The notes below the pieces were generated by a model. It ran no database searches. It was given only the letters and a program-made list of their open reading frames with translations, and was not told where the DNA came from. 64,000 bases of DNA. It comes from Escherichia coli (GTDB taxonomy: Bacteria; Pseudomonadota; Gammaproteobacteria; Enterobacterales; Enterobacteriaceae). Shown here one piece after another: positions 31,844 to 41,537 of the stretch. The first letter of the stretch is position 1; every line of letters begins with the position of its first letter. Position numbers and translations under genes: made by a program. The stretch lies in the NCBI RefSeq assembly GCF_030013595.1, contig NZ_CP122768.1; one strand, written 5' to 3'.

Positions 31844-32737
31844 ATGCAAAGCACTATCAGGAAACATTTATCCCTTGCTAAGGTAAACTCAACTATGAGT
31901 ATTATTATCAACAACTGGCGGATGGACCCGTCGCTTAATGCCTTAATACATTGCGAAACGGGTGAAACACGTCGTCTCGGCGAATACCATTTTATTTTGC
32001 TGGAAACATTAGCAAAAAATGCCGATGTGGTTTTATCGCGATCTTATTTATGTGCCGAAGTATGGAAGAACCGTATTGTCGGCGGAAACAGCCTACCGAC
32101 GGCGATCCATGCATTGCGCGTTGCTATCGATGATGATGGCAAACAACAGAACATTATTAAAACCATCCCGAAAAAAGGTTACCTGTGCAATAAAGAGTAT
32201 GTGTCTTTGCCGGAGTCATCGCCTGCAGAAGCGCTGATTATTACCGACCAGATACAGGATACAGCCCCAGAAGAGATATCTTCGACAACACCGCCTGTGC
32301 CTGTCAGAAAAAAACATAAAGGACTGATGGGGTTAGCCTTGACCGCGGCTGTTATATTTATTGGCTCGACCGTGGGGTATTCACACTTGAAAAATACACC
32401 TGACGCCCCGCAGCTGGTAAAAGAGTCAATTAACAGTCCAAGAATAAAAATATTTCATCTTAGTTCTGGAAAAGAAAATAATTCTGTACCGTTACTGTCA
32501 CAAACCCTCGCACCAGGAAAAGACAAACTCGATAATTTATTGTCAGCGCATAATATGACAATGACAACCTATTATAAATATGTTCGTAACCGACTGGAGA
32601 GTGATATTGTTCTGCGCAACCAGTGCAACGGTAGCTGGCAATTAACTTTTAATGTGGATAGCTGGCAGAATAGCGATATTAATAGCGCGATGTATCAGAA
32701 TTTAGAGAAGTTGTTAAATACTGTGCAGAAGTGCTGA
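31844..32737 (+). CDS. lafZ: membrane-anchored ToxR/CadC-like transcriptional regulator (winged-helix N-terminus, one TM segment)
   Basis: N-terminal winged-helix-like region (...RLGEYHFILLETLAKNADVVLSRSYLCAEVWKNRIVGGNSLPTAIHALRVAIDDD...), then hydrophobic GLMGLALTAAVIFIGSTVGY segment; divergent from lafA. Confidence 0.7.
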   Translation: MQSTIRKHLSLAKVNSTMSIIINNWRMDPSLNALIHCETGETRRLGEYHFILLETLAKNADVVLSRSYLCAEVWKNRIVGGNSLPTAIHALRVAIDDDGKQQNIIKTIPKKGYLCNKEYVSLPESSPAEALIITDQIQDTAPEEISSTTPPVPVRKKHKGLMGLALTAAVIFIGSTVGYSHLKNTPDAPQLVKESINSPRIKIFHLSSGKENNSVPLLSQTLAPGKDKLDNLLSAHNMTMTTYYKYVRNRLESDIVLRNQCNGSWQLTFNVDSWQNSDINSAMYQNLEKLLNTVQKC

Positions 32738-32750
32738 TGAGTGCCAATAT

Positions 32751-32788
32751 ATGCCGGATACGACGCTAAAGGCGTCTTATCCGGCTGA
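32751..32788. repeat. REP-like palindrome between lafZ and lafW
   Basis: atgccggatacgacgctaaaggcgtcttatccggctga. Confidence 0.6.
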
Positions 32789-32791
32789 TAA

Positions 32792-33769
32792 TTACCCCAA
32801 TAAATTCCTCACCGTCTGGCTGGAAATTCGCGCCTGACCGTTCACCGCCTGCAATAAAACCTGATAGTTATGATTGGCGCTATCCAGCACGCCGCCGAGA
32901 TTTTCCGACGCCTGCACGGCGCTTTCCGTTTGCGGGAAGCGCGACATGCCGTCGATCAACTGCCGCGCCTTTTCCTGCTGTACCGCCATCTGCACACGCT
33001 GCTGATTAATGCTTTCTAACGTCTGAGAAATCCCCGCTCCGCCCTGTTGCAGGCTTTGCACTAAGCGGTCCGCCTGCGACGGTTCGGCAAAGGTTTTTAG
33101 TGGCATAAACGCTGATTTATCACCATCGGTGCGCACGCTTAGGGTGCTTTCAATGTTGGGCCACTGTTTTTCAGTGGTGGAGAAACTTATACCATCGGCG
33201 TTTTGATGCATCTGCACGCCCACGCGGCGCAGGGCGTTGGTCAGCCGCGTTTGATACTGCGCGGCGCTGTCATCCTCAGACAGCATCACCGCCGAAAGCT
33301 GAGTCTGCCGCCCGTCAGAGACGCTGAACATCCGCGTTCCCGGCGTGGGATTGTGTACCAGATTCGCCAGATCCGGCGAGTGAAAGCTCACCCGCGCTTC
33401 CCCCTGCAACACTGGCTGCAACTGGCGGTCCACCGCACCGCCGGAAAGCGCGGTGCGTTTGTCCAGCATCTGCATCAGCGCCGTACTCTGCGCCTGCCCG
33501 CCCTTACGCTGGCTGTGACGGTAATCGAGCAACTGCTGCTCCAGTTGCCCGAGATAATGATCCGCCTGCTGCAACGTGGTGAGCTGGTCGTTAAGCTGCA
33601 CGCTGTAACGCTGCGGGCGAGTGGTAATCAGCGGCGAGGCCGGATATTCACTCGCCGTCGCCGGGAGTTTTTGCCGCACCGCCTGAGTGGGCGCAACGGT
33701 TGACGACGATACCGCAGCGCTATGCGCGCCGCCGGTGGTGAGTGACGAAGAAGTAAGTCCGACCTGCAT
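32792..33769 (-). CDS. lafW: Flag-2-specific axial-protein-like protein (LafW)
   Basis: 325-aa Gln/Ser-rich protein with axial-protein-like C-terminus ...ISSQTVRNLLG; GGAG upstream; located after lfgL. Confidence 0.6.
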   Translation of the reverse strand: MQVGLTSSSLTTGGAHSAAVSSSTVAPTQAVRQKLPATASEYPASPLITTRPQRYSVQLNDQLTTLQQADHYLGQLEQQLLDYRHSQRKGGQAQSTALMQMLDKRTALSGGAVDRQLQPVLQGEARVSFHSPDLANLVHNPTPGTRMFSVSDGRQTQLSAVMLSEDDSAAQYQTRLTNALRRVGVQMHQNADGISFSTTEKQWPNIESTLSVRTDGDKSAFMPLKTFAEPSQADRLVQSLQQGGAGISQTLESINQQRVQMAVQQEKARQLIDGMSRFPQTESAVQASENLGGVLDSANHNYQVLLQAVNGQARISSQTVRNLLG

Positions 33770-33785
33770 ACTGCTCCTGAAAGAG

Positions 33786-34715
33786 TTAGAGAACGCTGAA
33801 TAAATTCAACTCACTCACTTTCGAGTAAGTCTTGAGGGTAGCTTCCATTGCTACTTCCAGTCCGGTAAAGGTGATCGACGCCGGGCCGTAATCGAGATCC
33901 TGTAATGAACCAATCAACTCATCATTAGAAGTAGAGATATCGGTCTGCGCATCGCTCAGCATCGACATGGTGTTCTGCGTCTCGCCGAGCGACGCAATCG
34001 AGGCGTTGAGGTCGTCCGAGGCGGTGTCCACCACGTTAACTGCGTTCTGAATATCGCTCTGCATCTGCGGATCGGCCGGGTCAACGTTTGGGTCTTGCAA
34101 CTCCTGCGACAGGGTATTCAGTGTGTTGAGCACATCTAAATTGCTGCCGAAGAAATCGCTCGCCGCCACGTTGGTATCCACTTCCACGCCGTTCGACACC
34201 GTGGTCTGGCGGTGGTCGCTGTTGCCCTGATAGCTGTAGCTGTCGGTCACGCCATCGCCGTCATCGTCCACCGCCACAATCGGCGGCTGATCGTTGATGG
34301 TACCGCCAAACACGTAATGCCCGTCTTCGTCCTGATAGTTCAGCGCCGCGACCATTGATTCGGTGAGCGACTCAATATCCTGCCCGAGACTTGCGAGCGA
34401 ATCGGCGGTATTGGTGCCATTCGCCGCTTCCAGCAGGTCGTCGCGCACCGCCAGCAGGCTGTTGTTGACGCCATCAAGGATTGATTCCTGCTGACTTAAC
34501 CCCGCCGACGCGGAGTCGATATTGCTCTGATACTGCTCAATCGCCGACTGTTGGCGGTTCAACTGGGTGATGCGCGTGGCGGCGATCGGGTCATCCGACG
34601 GCTGCAAAATTTCCTTGCCGGTTGCCATCTGCTCGACCACATGCGCCAGATCGCCGGAGAGATTATTAAAACTTTGCGTCATCGAGACGTAGGTTTGTTG
34701 GGTGGTTACTCGCAT
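33786..34715 (-). CDS. lfgL: FlgL-like hook-filament junction protein (HAP3)
   Basis: ORF trimmed to MRVTTQQTYVSMTQSFNNLSGDLAHVVEQMATGKEILQPSDDPIAATR..., FlgL-like N-terminus. Confidence 0.8.
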   Translation of the reverse strand: MRVTTQQTYVSMTQSFNNLSGDLAHVVEQMATGKEILQPSDDPIAATRITQLNRQQSAIEQYQSNIDSASAGLSQQESILDGVNNSLLAVRDDLLEAANGTNTADSLASLGQDIESLTESMVAALNYQDEDGHYVFGGTINDQPPIVAVDDDGDGVTDSYSYQGNSDHRQTTVSNGVEVDTNVAASDFFGSNLDVLNTLNTLSQELQDPNVDPADPQMQSDIQNAVNVVDTASDDLNASIASLGETQNTMSMLSDAQTDISTSNDELIGSLQDLDYGPASITFTGLEVAMEATLKTYSKVSELNLFSVL

Positions 34716-34729
34716 TTTCGCGCTCCCGC

Positions 34730-36106
34730 TTAGCTGCACATTTCCAGCACCGAATCGAAAATCTCGGCCCCGGCGGAAATGACTTTCAGATTGGCTTCAT
34801 AAATTTGTTGATAGGTGATCAGGTTAACCGCCTCTTCGTCCATGCTGACGCCGCTGACGCTGCTCTGCTGGTTTTGCGCTGCGGAATAGACATTGGACGC
34901 GGCATCGACTTCCGTCTGGTTTTGCTGGCTGTAAATGCCGATATTGCTGATGATTGACGAGCACGCCTGCCCGACCGTCACGCTGCCGAGGTTGGCTATC
35001 TCCAGCGGTTCGGTGGAGATATTGATCAGCGCCTGTAAGTTGTCGCTGTTACCGCTTTCGTCCGGTGAACTGGAAAACGCCAGCTCATCGGCGGTGATAT
35101 CCGGGTTGACGGTCAGCGGGCCATCGGCGTTGCTGGCGTCATAAATAAACAGCGGCTCGCCGGGGTTGCCGTTGAGATCGTAGCCCTGCGCCAGTTGATT
35201 GTTGACCGCATCGGCAAACTGCGACGCCATGCTGTTGATGGTGTCGGTCAGCGGCGTCAGCACGTCGTTTTGATAATCAAACAGTGCGCCTAATGAACCT
35301 CCAGTGTCGGTGGTCATCGTCGAGGTGGTTCCGGCGAAGGTCAGCGACATGGTCGGCGTGCCGTCGGCGTTGGTTTCCAGCGCGATGGTCGAGCTTTGCT
35401 GCCCGCTCACCAGCGGTTGACCGTTTTTCAGGGTAACGTTGTAGTTGCCCTGGTCGTCGATATTGACCTGCACATCCATCATCCCGCTGAGTTCTTCCAC
35501 CATCTGGTCGCGGGCGTCGTACAGCGCGGAGGCGTTATCGCCGTTGGCTTCGGCCTGAGCGATTTGCTGGTTATAGCTGGCGATGCCGCTGGTGAGCGTG
35601 TTGATTTGCGACACCATCGCCTGCTGCTGGCTGATGATTTCCGTGCTTTGCGAGTCGATGTAATCCAGCGTGTTGTCGATACGCAGCGACAGCGCCCCGG
35701 CTTCGCTGATCACCTGTTCGCGCAGGGCGGAATCGTCAGGGCTGGTGGTCGCTTCGTTAAGGGCGGCGAAGAAGTTATCGAACCCGCCGCTCAGGCTGCT
35801 GTTATCGTCGCTCAGTACCGCTTCCAGTTGCGTGAGATACCCCTGCTGGGTGCTGTAATAGCCGTAATCGCTGGCGGCATACCACACCTGATTCACCTGA
35901 TACTGGTTAGAGACGCGGCGAATGCTGTCGACCTGCACGCCGTTACCGGCGCTGTTCGGCGAACCACCGCTGGCACCGATGGTGCTGATTTCTGCCACCT
36001 GACGGGTGTAGCCCGTAGTCATGGCGTTGGCGGTGTTTTGCGCCGTGACGTTCAGCTCCACCTGCGCGGTTGATGCGCCGCTGTAGCCGATGTTAATCAT
36101 GTCCAT
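34730..36106 (-). CDS. lfgK: FlgK-like hook-associated protein (HAP1)
   Basis: 458 aa, ...NTANAMTTGYTRQ... N-terminus and ...YQQIYEANLKVISAGAEIFDSVLEM C-terminus. Confidence 0.85.
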   Translation of the reverse strand: MDMINIGYSGASTAQVELNVTAQNTANAMTTGYTRQVAEISTIGASGGSPNSAGNGVQVDSIRRVSNQYQVNQVWYAASDYGYYSTQQGYLTQLEAVLSDDNSSLSGGFDNFFAALNEATTSPDDSALREQVISEAGALSLRIDNTLDYIDSQSTEIISQQQAMVSQINTLTSGIASYNQQIAQAEANGDNASALYDARDQMVEELSGMMDVQVNIDDQGNYNVTLKNGQPLVSGQQSSTIALETNADGTPTMSLTFAGTTSTMTTDTGGSLGALFDYQNDVLTPLTDTINSMASQFADAVNNQLAQGYDLNGNPGEPLFIYDASNADGPLTVNPDITADELAFSSSPDESGNSDNLQALINISTEPLEIANLGSVTVGQACSSIISNIGIYSQQNQTEVDAASNVYSAAQNQQSSVSGVSMDEEAVNLITYQQIYEANLKVISAGAEIFDSVLEMCS

Positions 36107-36182
36107 GTTGGATCCTTACCGGTAAATCGTGCCGGTTAAAAGCGGCGTGAAGATGGGGATTCTTAAGTGGATAATGGTGCGC

Positions 36183-36298
36183 GCTGATGCCCTCACCCCG
36201 GCCCTCTCCCACAGGGAGAGGGAGAAAACCTGCGCCATATTCACCTCCGCGCTCAATCGGTCCCCTCGCCCCTTTGGGGAGAGGGTTAGGGTGAGGGG
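36183..36298. repeat. GC-rich composite palindromic intergenic repeat (Box C-like class; name uncertain), copy A
   Basis: ccctcaccccggccctctcccacagggagaggg ... cccctcgcccctttggggagagggttagggtgaggg; inverted relative to copies at 38461 and 48730. Confidence 0.7.
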
Positions 36299-36311
36299 CA
36301 AAGCGCGCCCC

Positions 36312-36611
36312 TCATTTCCCCTTCGGCGACAACTGCTTCACAATCATCGCCGCGATCCCAATCCCGTGCTGCTGCGCCAGGGTGTTACACAACTCATCGT
36401 CATAAAACCCCTGCATCATGCGCACCGAATCGCTGTTAAACGGGTTATCTTTCGAATCGAACAACTCGTTGGTTTTGCGCATCTCTTTGAGCATATTGCG
36501 TAAAAAAATCGCCTCAAACTGTTCGGCGGCCTGCCTGATATCATTGGCCTGAACCTTCGGCCCCATTAACGCATCGCTGCCGTCAATCCCGCCGCTGCCG
36601 TTAACTTTCAT
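36312..36611 (-). CDS. lfgJ: FlgJ-like rod-binding domain protein, no muramidase domain
   Basis: 99-aa protein ...QFEAIFLRNMLKEMRKT...DSVRMMQGFYDDELCNTLAQQHGIGIA matching only the FlgJ N-terminal rod-binding domain. Confidence 0.75.
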   Translation of the reverse strand: MKVNGSGGIDGSDALMGPKVQANDIRQAAEQFEAIFLRNMLKEMRKTNELFDSKDNPFNSDSVRMMQGFYDDELCNTLAQQHGIGIAAMIVKQLSPKGK

Positions 36612-37711
36612 CAGATCACCTCCAGGTCGGCATCCAGCGCGCCCGCTTCATGCAGCGCCTGCAAAATCGACATAATGTCGTCCGGCGTCGCACCTAAACT
36701 GTTCAACGCATTAACCAACGTTTTCAGGCTGCTCGACTCCGGCAAACTTACCACGCCCGGACGGGCATGATTCACCGCAATATTGCTCTGCGGCGTTACC
36801 GCCGTGCGCCCGCCCGCAAAGGCATTCGGCTGGCTGACGTTGCTGGTTTCGTTAATCGAAACGGTCAAACTACCGTGCGACACCGCCGCCGCGTGCAGCG
36901 CAACGCCATCGCCCATCACCACCGTGCCGGTGCGCGAGTTAAACACCACGCGGGCGCGGATTTTCTCCGCCTGAACCTGCACATCGTCCAGTTGCGACAT
37001 AAACGCCACCCGCGCGCCGGGGCTGGTAGGCGCACGCACGGTAACGTTGGTGGAACTCTGCGCGGTGGCAATGCCGCCAAACGAGGCATTAATCGCCGCC
37101 GCAATGTTGTTGGCATCTTTAAACGACGGGCGTTTCAGGTTGAGGGTGATGGTATCGCCCATCTGAAAATCGCTGGGGATCTCGCGCTCCACCGTTGCGC
37201 CGTTAGGAATTAACCCGGCGGTTGGTGTATTAACCGTTACGCTCGAGCCGCTGGCCCCGGTGGCATTCATCCCACCCACCACCACGCTGCCCTGCGCCAG
37301 GGCATACACTTCGCCATCCGCGCCGTGCAACTGCGTAAGCAATAAAGTGCCGCCGCGAATACTTTTGGCATCTCCAATCGACGAAACGGTGACATCAATA
37401 GTCTGCCCGCGCGAGTACATCGGCGGCAATGTGGCGCTCACCGCCACCGCGGCGACGTTTTTCACCTTCGGGTCGATTTTATTCGGCAGCTGCACACCGA
37501 ACTGGCGCAGCATATTGGTGATGGTCTGGTTGGTGAATTTGACCTGATTTTTATCGCCGGTGCCGTCGAGGCCGACCACCAGGCTGTAGCCGACCAGTTG
37601 GTTTTCGCGCACACCCTGTACGTTGACCAGCGACTCCAGCGATTGCGCCAGCGCCACACCGGGCAGCGCCAGGCTTACGGCTACGACCACCGTCTTTATC
37701 CAGTTTTGCAT
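36611..37711 (-). CDS. lfgI: FlgI-like P-ring protein
   Basis: ORF trimmed to [22 protein letters not shown] signal peptide (GGAG upstream); FlgI family. Confidence 0.85.
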   Translation of the reverse strand: MQNWIKTVVVAVSLALPGVALAQSLESLVNVQGVRENQLVGYSLVVGLDGTGDKNQVKFTNQTITNMLRQFGVQLPNKIDPKVKNVAAVAVSATLPPMYSRGQTIDVTVSSIGDAKSIRGGTLLLTQLHGADGEVYALAQGSVVVGGMNATGASGSSVTVNTPTAGLIPNGATVEREIPSDFQMGDTITLNLKRPSFKDANNIAAAINASFGGIATAQSSTNVTVRAPTSPGARVAFMSQLDDVQVQAEKIRARVVFNSRTGTVVMGDGVALHAAAVSHGSLTVSINETSNVSQPNAFAGGRTAVTPQSNIAVNHARPGVVSLPESSSLKTLVNALNSLGATPDDIMSILQALHEAGALDADLEVI

Positions 37712-37725
37712 TGCACTCTCCGGCA

Positions 37726-38391
37726 TTAGATCGGGAACAGAGGATGGTTAAACAGCCGCGTCAGCCAGCCTGCGGCGTTGGCGTCGCTTAACGCGCCGCG
37801 TCCGGCATAGGAAATGCGGGCGTCGGCGATCCGCTGGGAGGAAACAGAGTTGTCGTTCTGGATATCGTCGGCGCGTACCAGGCCGCTCAAGCGGATGTAC
37901 TCATCGCCCTGGTTGAGGGTCAGCCATTTTTCGCCGCGAATTTCCAGGATGCCGTTGGGCTGCACCGCATGGACGGAAACGGTGATCTCCCCGCGCAGGC
38001 TGTTCTGCTGCTGGGAAGTGGCGCTGCCGTCAAAGTCGCGGTTGGCATCGATGGAGCCGGAAAGCTTATCTTTGGTGTGACCAAAAATGGTCGGTGCGCC
38101 GATGTCGACGGTGTTGTTTTTACCGAAGTTGGTTTTCGCCTGTTTGCTCGACTGGGTGGATTCTTCGAGGATCACCGTCAGGATATCGCCCACGCGGTAA
38201 GCCCGCCTGTCGGCGGTGAGCGACCAGTTGTAGCCAGTTTCAAACACGCCCCCGGCACGCCCGTCTGCCGGAGGCGGCGCTTCGGTTTTCGGTGGCGCAA
38301 AGTATGCGTCGTCTTTTTTGACCAGAATGGCCTGCGATTCACACCCGCTAAGCAGGGGAAGCAGCGCCACCAGCCAGAAATAATTTTTCAC
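37726..38391 (-). CDS. lfgH: FlgH-like L-ring lipoprotein
   Basis: [17 protein letters not shown] lipoprotein signal with lipobox; FlgH family. Confidence 0.85.
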   Translation of the reverse strand: MKNYFWLVALLPLLSGCESQAILVKKDDAYFAPPKTEAPPPADGRAGGVFETGYNWSLTADRRAYRVGDILTVILEESTQSSKQAKTNFGKNNTVDIGAPTIFGHTKDKLSGSIDANRDFDGSATSQQQNSLRGEITVSVHAVQPNGILEIRGEKWLTLNQGDEYIRLSGLVRADDIQNDNSVSSQRIADARISYAGRGALSDANAAGWLTRLFNHPLFPI

Positions 38392-38460
38392 GTTCTGCCT
38401 GTTTAGTGTTGCAGGCCACGGGGTGGCCGTTTTTTTGGTGGGTGCGGAGCCGATTTGTTC

Positions 38461-38576
38461 CCCTCACCCTAACCCTCTCCCCAAAGGGGCGAGGGGACCG
38501 ATCGAGCACAATGTTGCATACAGCGCCGGTCTGCTCCCTCTCCCTGTGGGAGAGGGCCGGGGTGAGGGCATCAGAC
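38461..38576. repeat. GC-rich composite palindromic intergenic repeat, copy B
   Basis: ccctcaccctaaccctctccccaaaggggcgaggggacc ... ctccctctccctgtgggagagggccggggtgaggg; reverse complement of copy A. Confidence 0.7.
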
Positions 38577-38596
38577 CGCACGTTGCCCCCACGCCC

Positions 38597-39382
38597 TTAC
38601 AGCGTCTGGCTGATGTACTGCAACATATCGTCCGCTGCCGACACCATTTTGGCGTTCATCTCGTACGCGCGTTGCACCGTAATCATCGCCACCATTTCGT
38701 TGACGATATCCACGTTCGAGCCTTCCAGTGCGTTGTCCTGCAAAGTGCCAAGCCCATCTTCGCCCGGCACACCTTCTGTCGGCTGACCGCTGGCGGCGGT
38801 TTCCAGATAGAGGTTGTCACCCTCGGCGGAAAGCCCCGCCGGGTTAGCGAAGTTAACCAGCGTCAGTTGCCCTAACTCGGTCACGTCGCTGTCGCCAGGT
38901 AAGATCGCCGTCACCGTGCCGTCCTCACCAAAAGCAACATTAGTCGCCCCCGCCGGAACGTCGATTTCCGGTTGTAACGGCAAGCCCTGCGAGTTGGTCA
39001 GCACGCCGTCGGCGTTCACCTGCAAGTTGCCGTCGCGGGTATAGGCGATATCGCCGTTGGCCTTTTGCACCTGTAAAAATCCCTGCCCCATAATGGCGAC
39101 ATTCATCGCGTTGTCGGTGGTTTCAACGTTGCCTTCGGTGAAGGTTTTCTGGGTGCCGACAATGCGCACGCCGCTACCGAATTGCAGCCCGGTCGGCATG
39201 ATGTTGTTCTGGTCGAGCATCGCGCCCGGCGCTTCCTGGGTCTGGTAGAACAGATCCTGAAACATCACCCGGTCGCGCTTGAAGCCGGTGGTGTTAACGT
39301 TGGCGATGTTGTTGGCAATCGCGCTCATTTCAGCATCCTGCGCCGAGAGGCCGGTTTTGCTGATCCATAGTGCTGCGTTCAT
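38597..39382 (-). CDS. lfgG: FlgG-like distal rod protein
   Basis: 261 aa, MNAALWISKTGLSAQDAEMSAIANNIANVNTTGFKRDR... and ...ITVQRAYEMNAKMVSAADDMLQ. Confidence 0.88.
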   Translation of the reverse strand: MNAALWISKTGLSAQDAEMSAIANNIANVNTTGFKRDRVMFQDLFYQTQEAPGAMLDQNNIMPTGLQFGSGVRIVGTQKTFTEGNVETTDNAMNVAIMGQGFLQVQKANGDIAYTRDGNLQVNADGVLTNSQGLPLQPEIDVPAGATNVAFGEDGTVTAILPGDSDVTELGQLTLVNFANPAGLSAEGDNLYLETAASGQPTEGVPGEDGLGTLQDNALEGSNVDIVNEMVAMITVQRAYEMNAKMVSAADDMLQYISQTL

Positions 39383-39415
39383 GGTGGTAAATTCCGTATT
39401 GTTTTGGGCCGCGGT

Positions 39416-39447
39416 TGCCGGATGCGGCGTGAACTTATCCGGCCTAC
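39416..39447. repeat. REP element between lfgG and lfgF
   Basis: tgccggatgcggcgtgaacttatccggcctac. Confidence 0.75.
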
Positions 39448-39456
39448 GATGTGCGG

Positions 39457-40194
39457 TTACGAGCCGCGCAATAAGCGGTTGCCCGCGTCGCTGATATCTT
39501 CGGCGGTTTTCATCATCTTGATTTGCGCTTCAAACTGGCGGTTCATGGCGATGGACGACATCATCTCGCTCACCGCCGAGACGTTGCTGCCTTCGAGAAA
39601 ACCGCCACTGACTTTGATATTTTCATCGCGCTGGGCCGGAACGCCGTCGGCAGTTATCAGCATCCCTTCAGGATTTTTCGCTAGGTTAGCAACCGGAATA
39701 TCCACCAGCTTCAGGCGGTCGATATCCATCGTCGCGGTCACGTCGCCGTCATCGGGCGTCACCGACAGCGTGCCGTCGCTGCCAAACGAGGCGATGGCGT
39801 TCGGCGGCAGAATGATCGGCCCGTTATCCCCCTGCACCAGATTGCCGTCGATGACCAGTTGCCCCTGGTCGTCCTGCTGAATGTTGCCGTTGCGGGTATA
39901 CACTTCGTTGCCGTTTTTATCCTGCACCGCAATGTAACCCGCGCCCTGAATCGCCACGTCCAGCGGGCGTTCGGTTTTCTCCGCTACACCCGTGCTGTCG
40001 TTCACGCCGCTGGCCCCTTCCTGCGCCATATAGCGCGTGTCGAAGCCACCGCCTTTCACCTTGTCGTTGGTCGCCATCGCCATATCGGCACGAAAACCAT
40101 TGGTGTTGACGTTCGCCAGGTTGTTGGCGCTGATCTGCTGCTCGTACAGGGTCTGAGAAGCACCGCTCAGGGCGGTATAAATCAAACGGTCCAT
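39457..40194 (-). CDS. lfgF: FlgF-like proximal rod protein
   Basis: 245 aa, MDRLIYTALSGASQTLYEQQISANNLANVNTNGFRAD... Confidence 0.85.
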   Translation of the reverse strand: MDRLIYTALSGASQTLYEQQISANNLANVNTNGFRADMAMATNDKVKGGGFDTRYMAQEGASGVNDSTGVAEKTERPLDVAIQGAGYIAVQDKNGNEVYTRNGNIQQDDQGQLVIDGNLVQGDNGPIILPPNAIASFGSDGTLSVTPDDGDVTATMDIDRLKLVDIPVANLAKNPEGMLITADGVPAQRDENIKVSGGFLEGSNVSAVSEMMSSIAMNRQFEAQIKMMKTAEDISDAGNRLLRGS

Positions 40195-41396
40195 TACATT
40201 GCCTGGAACAGCGCGTCATCGAGCTGCGTGCTGGTAGCGATAACTTTGGTGTTGGCCTGATAGTTACGCTGGGCGGTCATCAAGTTGACCAGTTCGCTGG
40301 TGATATCGACGTTAGAGCTTTCGAGCACGCCGGACGACAGCGTGCCGCAGGTGCCGGAGCCGGGAACGCCAATCAGCGGGGTGCCGGACTCGCCCGTTTG
40401 TACCCACGCGGTGCCGCTCACTGCCTCCAGGCCGTTTTCATTCGGGAAAGTCGCCAGCACCACCTGCCCCTGCAACATGCGCTCGCCGTTGCTGTAGGTG
40501 GCGTAAACTTTGCCATCGTCATCAACCTGCACACCGTTTTGCGTTGCGGAGGCGTAGCCGTTGGCAGCGTTGGTGGTGACCGAGAAGTCCGAGCCGTATT
40601 GCGTACAAGTGGTGTAATCGACGGTTAAGTCGATGGGTGCGGCGGCGTCGGTCTGAAACTCAATGGTCTGCGGTGTGGTTGGCGAGGTCAGCTTCCCGGT
40701 ATTCGGGTCGAAAGTTAAGGTCGTCGCCGGAACGCCAGTCTGCTGCTGACCGTCGAAGGTGTACTGCACTTCCCAGGTGTTTTCGCTGGTTTTGGTGAAA
40801 TACTGGCATACCGAGTGTTCGTTACCTAATGAGTCATACACCGTGGTGGTGTAGCTGTCGGTGTACGAGCTGCTGTTGGTCGGGTCGAACGGTACGGTGG
40901 TGCGATCGATAGCTTCATCGCTGGCGTTGAAGTTAGCGGTAAAGGTCAGGCTGCTGCTGGCCTGCGCCGGGATATTGCCGGTTTTGATCTGGATATCGGT
41001 GACCGTACCGGTTTGCAGAGTGCCCGTGTCATCGACCGGATAACCCTGTAAATAAGCGCCCGAGGCGTTGACAATATAGCCGTTTTTGTCGGTTTCAAAC
41101 GATCCGGCGCGGGTATAAGAAATGTTGCCCGCGCTGTCGCAGGTCACAAAAAAGCCATCGTTGTTAATCGCCAGATCCAGCGCGTTACCGGTGGAGACCA
41201 GCGAACCGCCGCGCGAAATGCTTTGCGCGGTGCCTGCCACGCTGACGCCCATCGCCTGACTTCCGGCATACATGGCTGAAAACTGGGTGGTCATCGACTT
41301 ATAGCCTACCGTTCCGGCGTTGGCGATGTTGTTACTGATCCCGTCGAGCTGTTCGTTAACGGCATTCAGCCCCGTTGCGGCAATTTCATAACTCAT
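40194..41396 (-). CDS. lfgE: FlgE-like hook protein
   Basis: 400 aa, MSYEIAATGLNAVNEQLDGISNNIANAGTVGYK... and ...VNLMTAQRNYQANTKVIATSTQLDDALFQAM. Confidence 0.88.
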   Translation of the reverse strand: MSYEIAATGLNAVNEQLDGISNNIANAGTVGYKSMTTQFSAMYAGSQAMGVSVAGTAQSISRGGSLVSTGNALDLAINNDGFFVTCDSAGNISYTRAGSFETDKNGYIVNASGAYLQGYPVDDTGTLQTGTVTDIQIKTGNIPAQASSSLTFTANFNASDEAIDRTTVPFDPTNSSSYTDSYTTTVYDSLGNEHSVCQYFTKTSENTWEVQYTFDGQQQTGVPATTLTFDPNTGKLTSPTTPQTIEFQTDAAAPIDLTVDYTTCTQYGSDFSVTTNAANGYASATQNGVQVDDDGKVYATYSNGERMLQGQVVLATFPNENGLEAVSGTAWVQTGESGTPLIGVPGSGTCGTLSSGVLESSNVDITSELVNLMTAQRNYQANTKVIATSTQLDDALFQAM

Positions 41397-41441
41397 TGTT
41401 TCGTCCTGTTAATTCAAATTTTGACAGCGTGCCCGTTGTTT

Positions 41442-41524
41442 TGCCGGATGCGGCGAACGCCTTATCCGGCCTACAAAACCATGCAGTTTCATGTAGGCCT
41501 GATAAGCGAAGCGCATCAGGCAAT
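41442..41524. repeat. BIME (paired REP elements) between lfgE and lfgD
   Basis: ttgccggatgcggcgaacgccttatccggcctaca ... tgtaggcctgataagcgaagcgcatcaggca. Confidence 0.8.
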
Positions 41525-41537
41525 TTGGCACCGGACA

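Noticed and set aside
35396-36073. 225-aa ORF on the plus strand
   Set aside because: Antisense to the FlgK-like gene.
36116-36503. Small ORFs overlapping the GC-rich palindromic repeat (similar ones at 38348-38875 and 48639-48854)
   Set aside because: Their translations (...LTLTLSPKGRGDR...) are generated by the repeat in whichever frame is open; repeat-derived, not genes.
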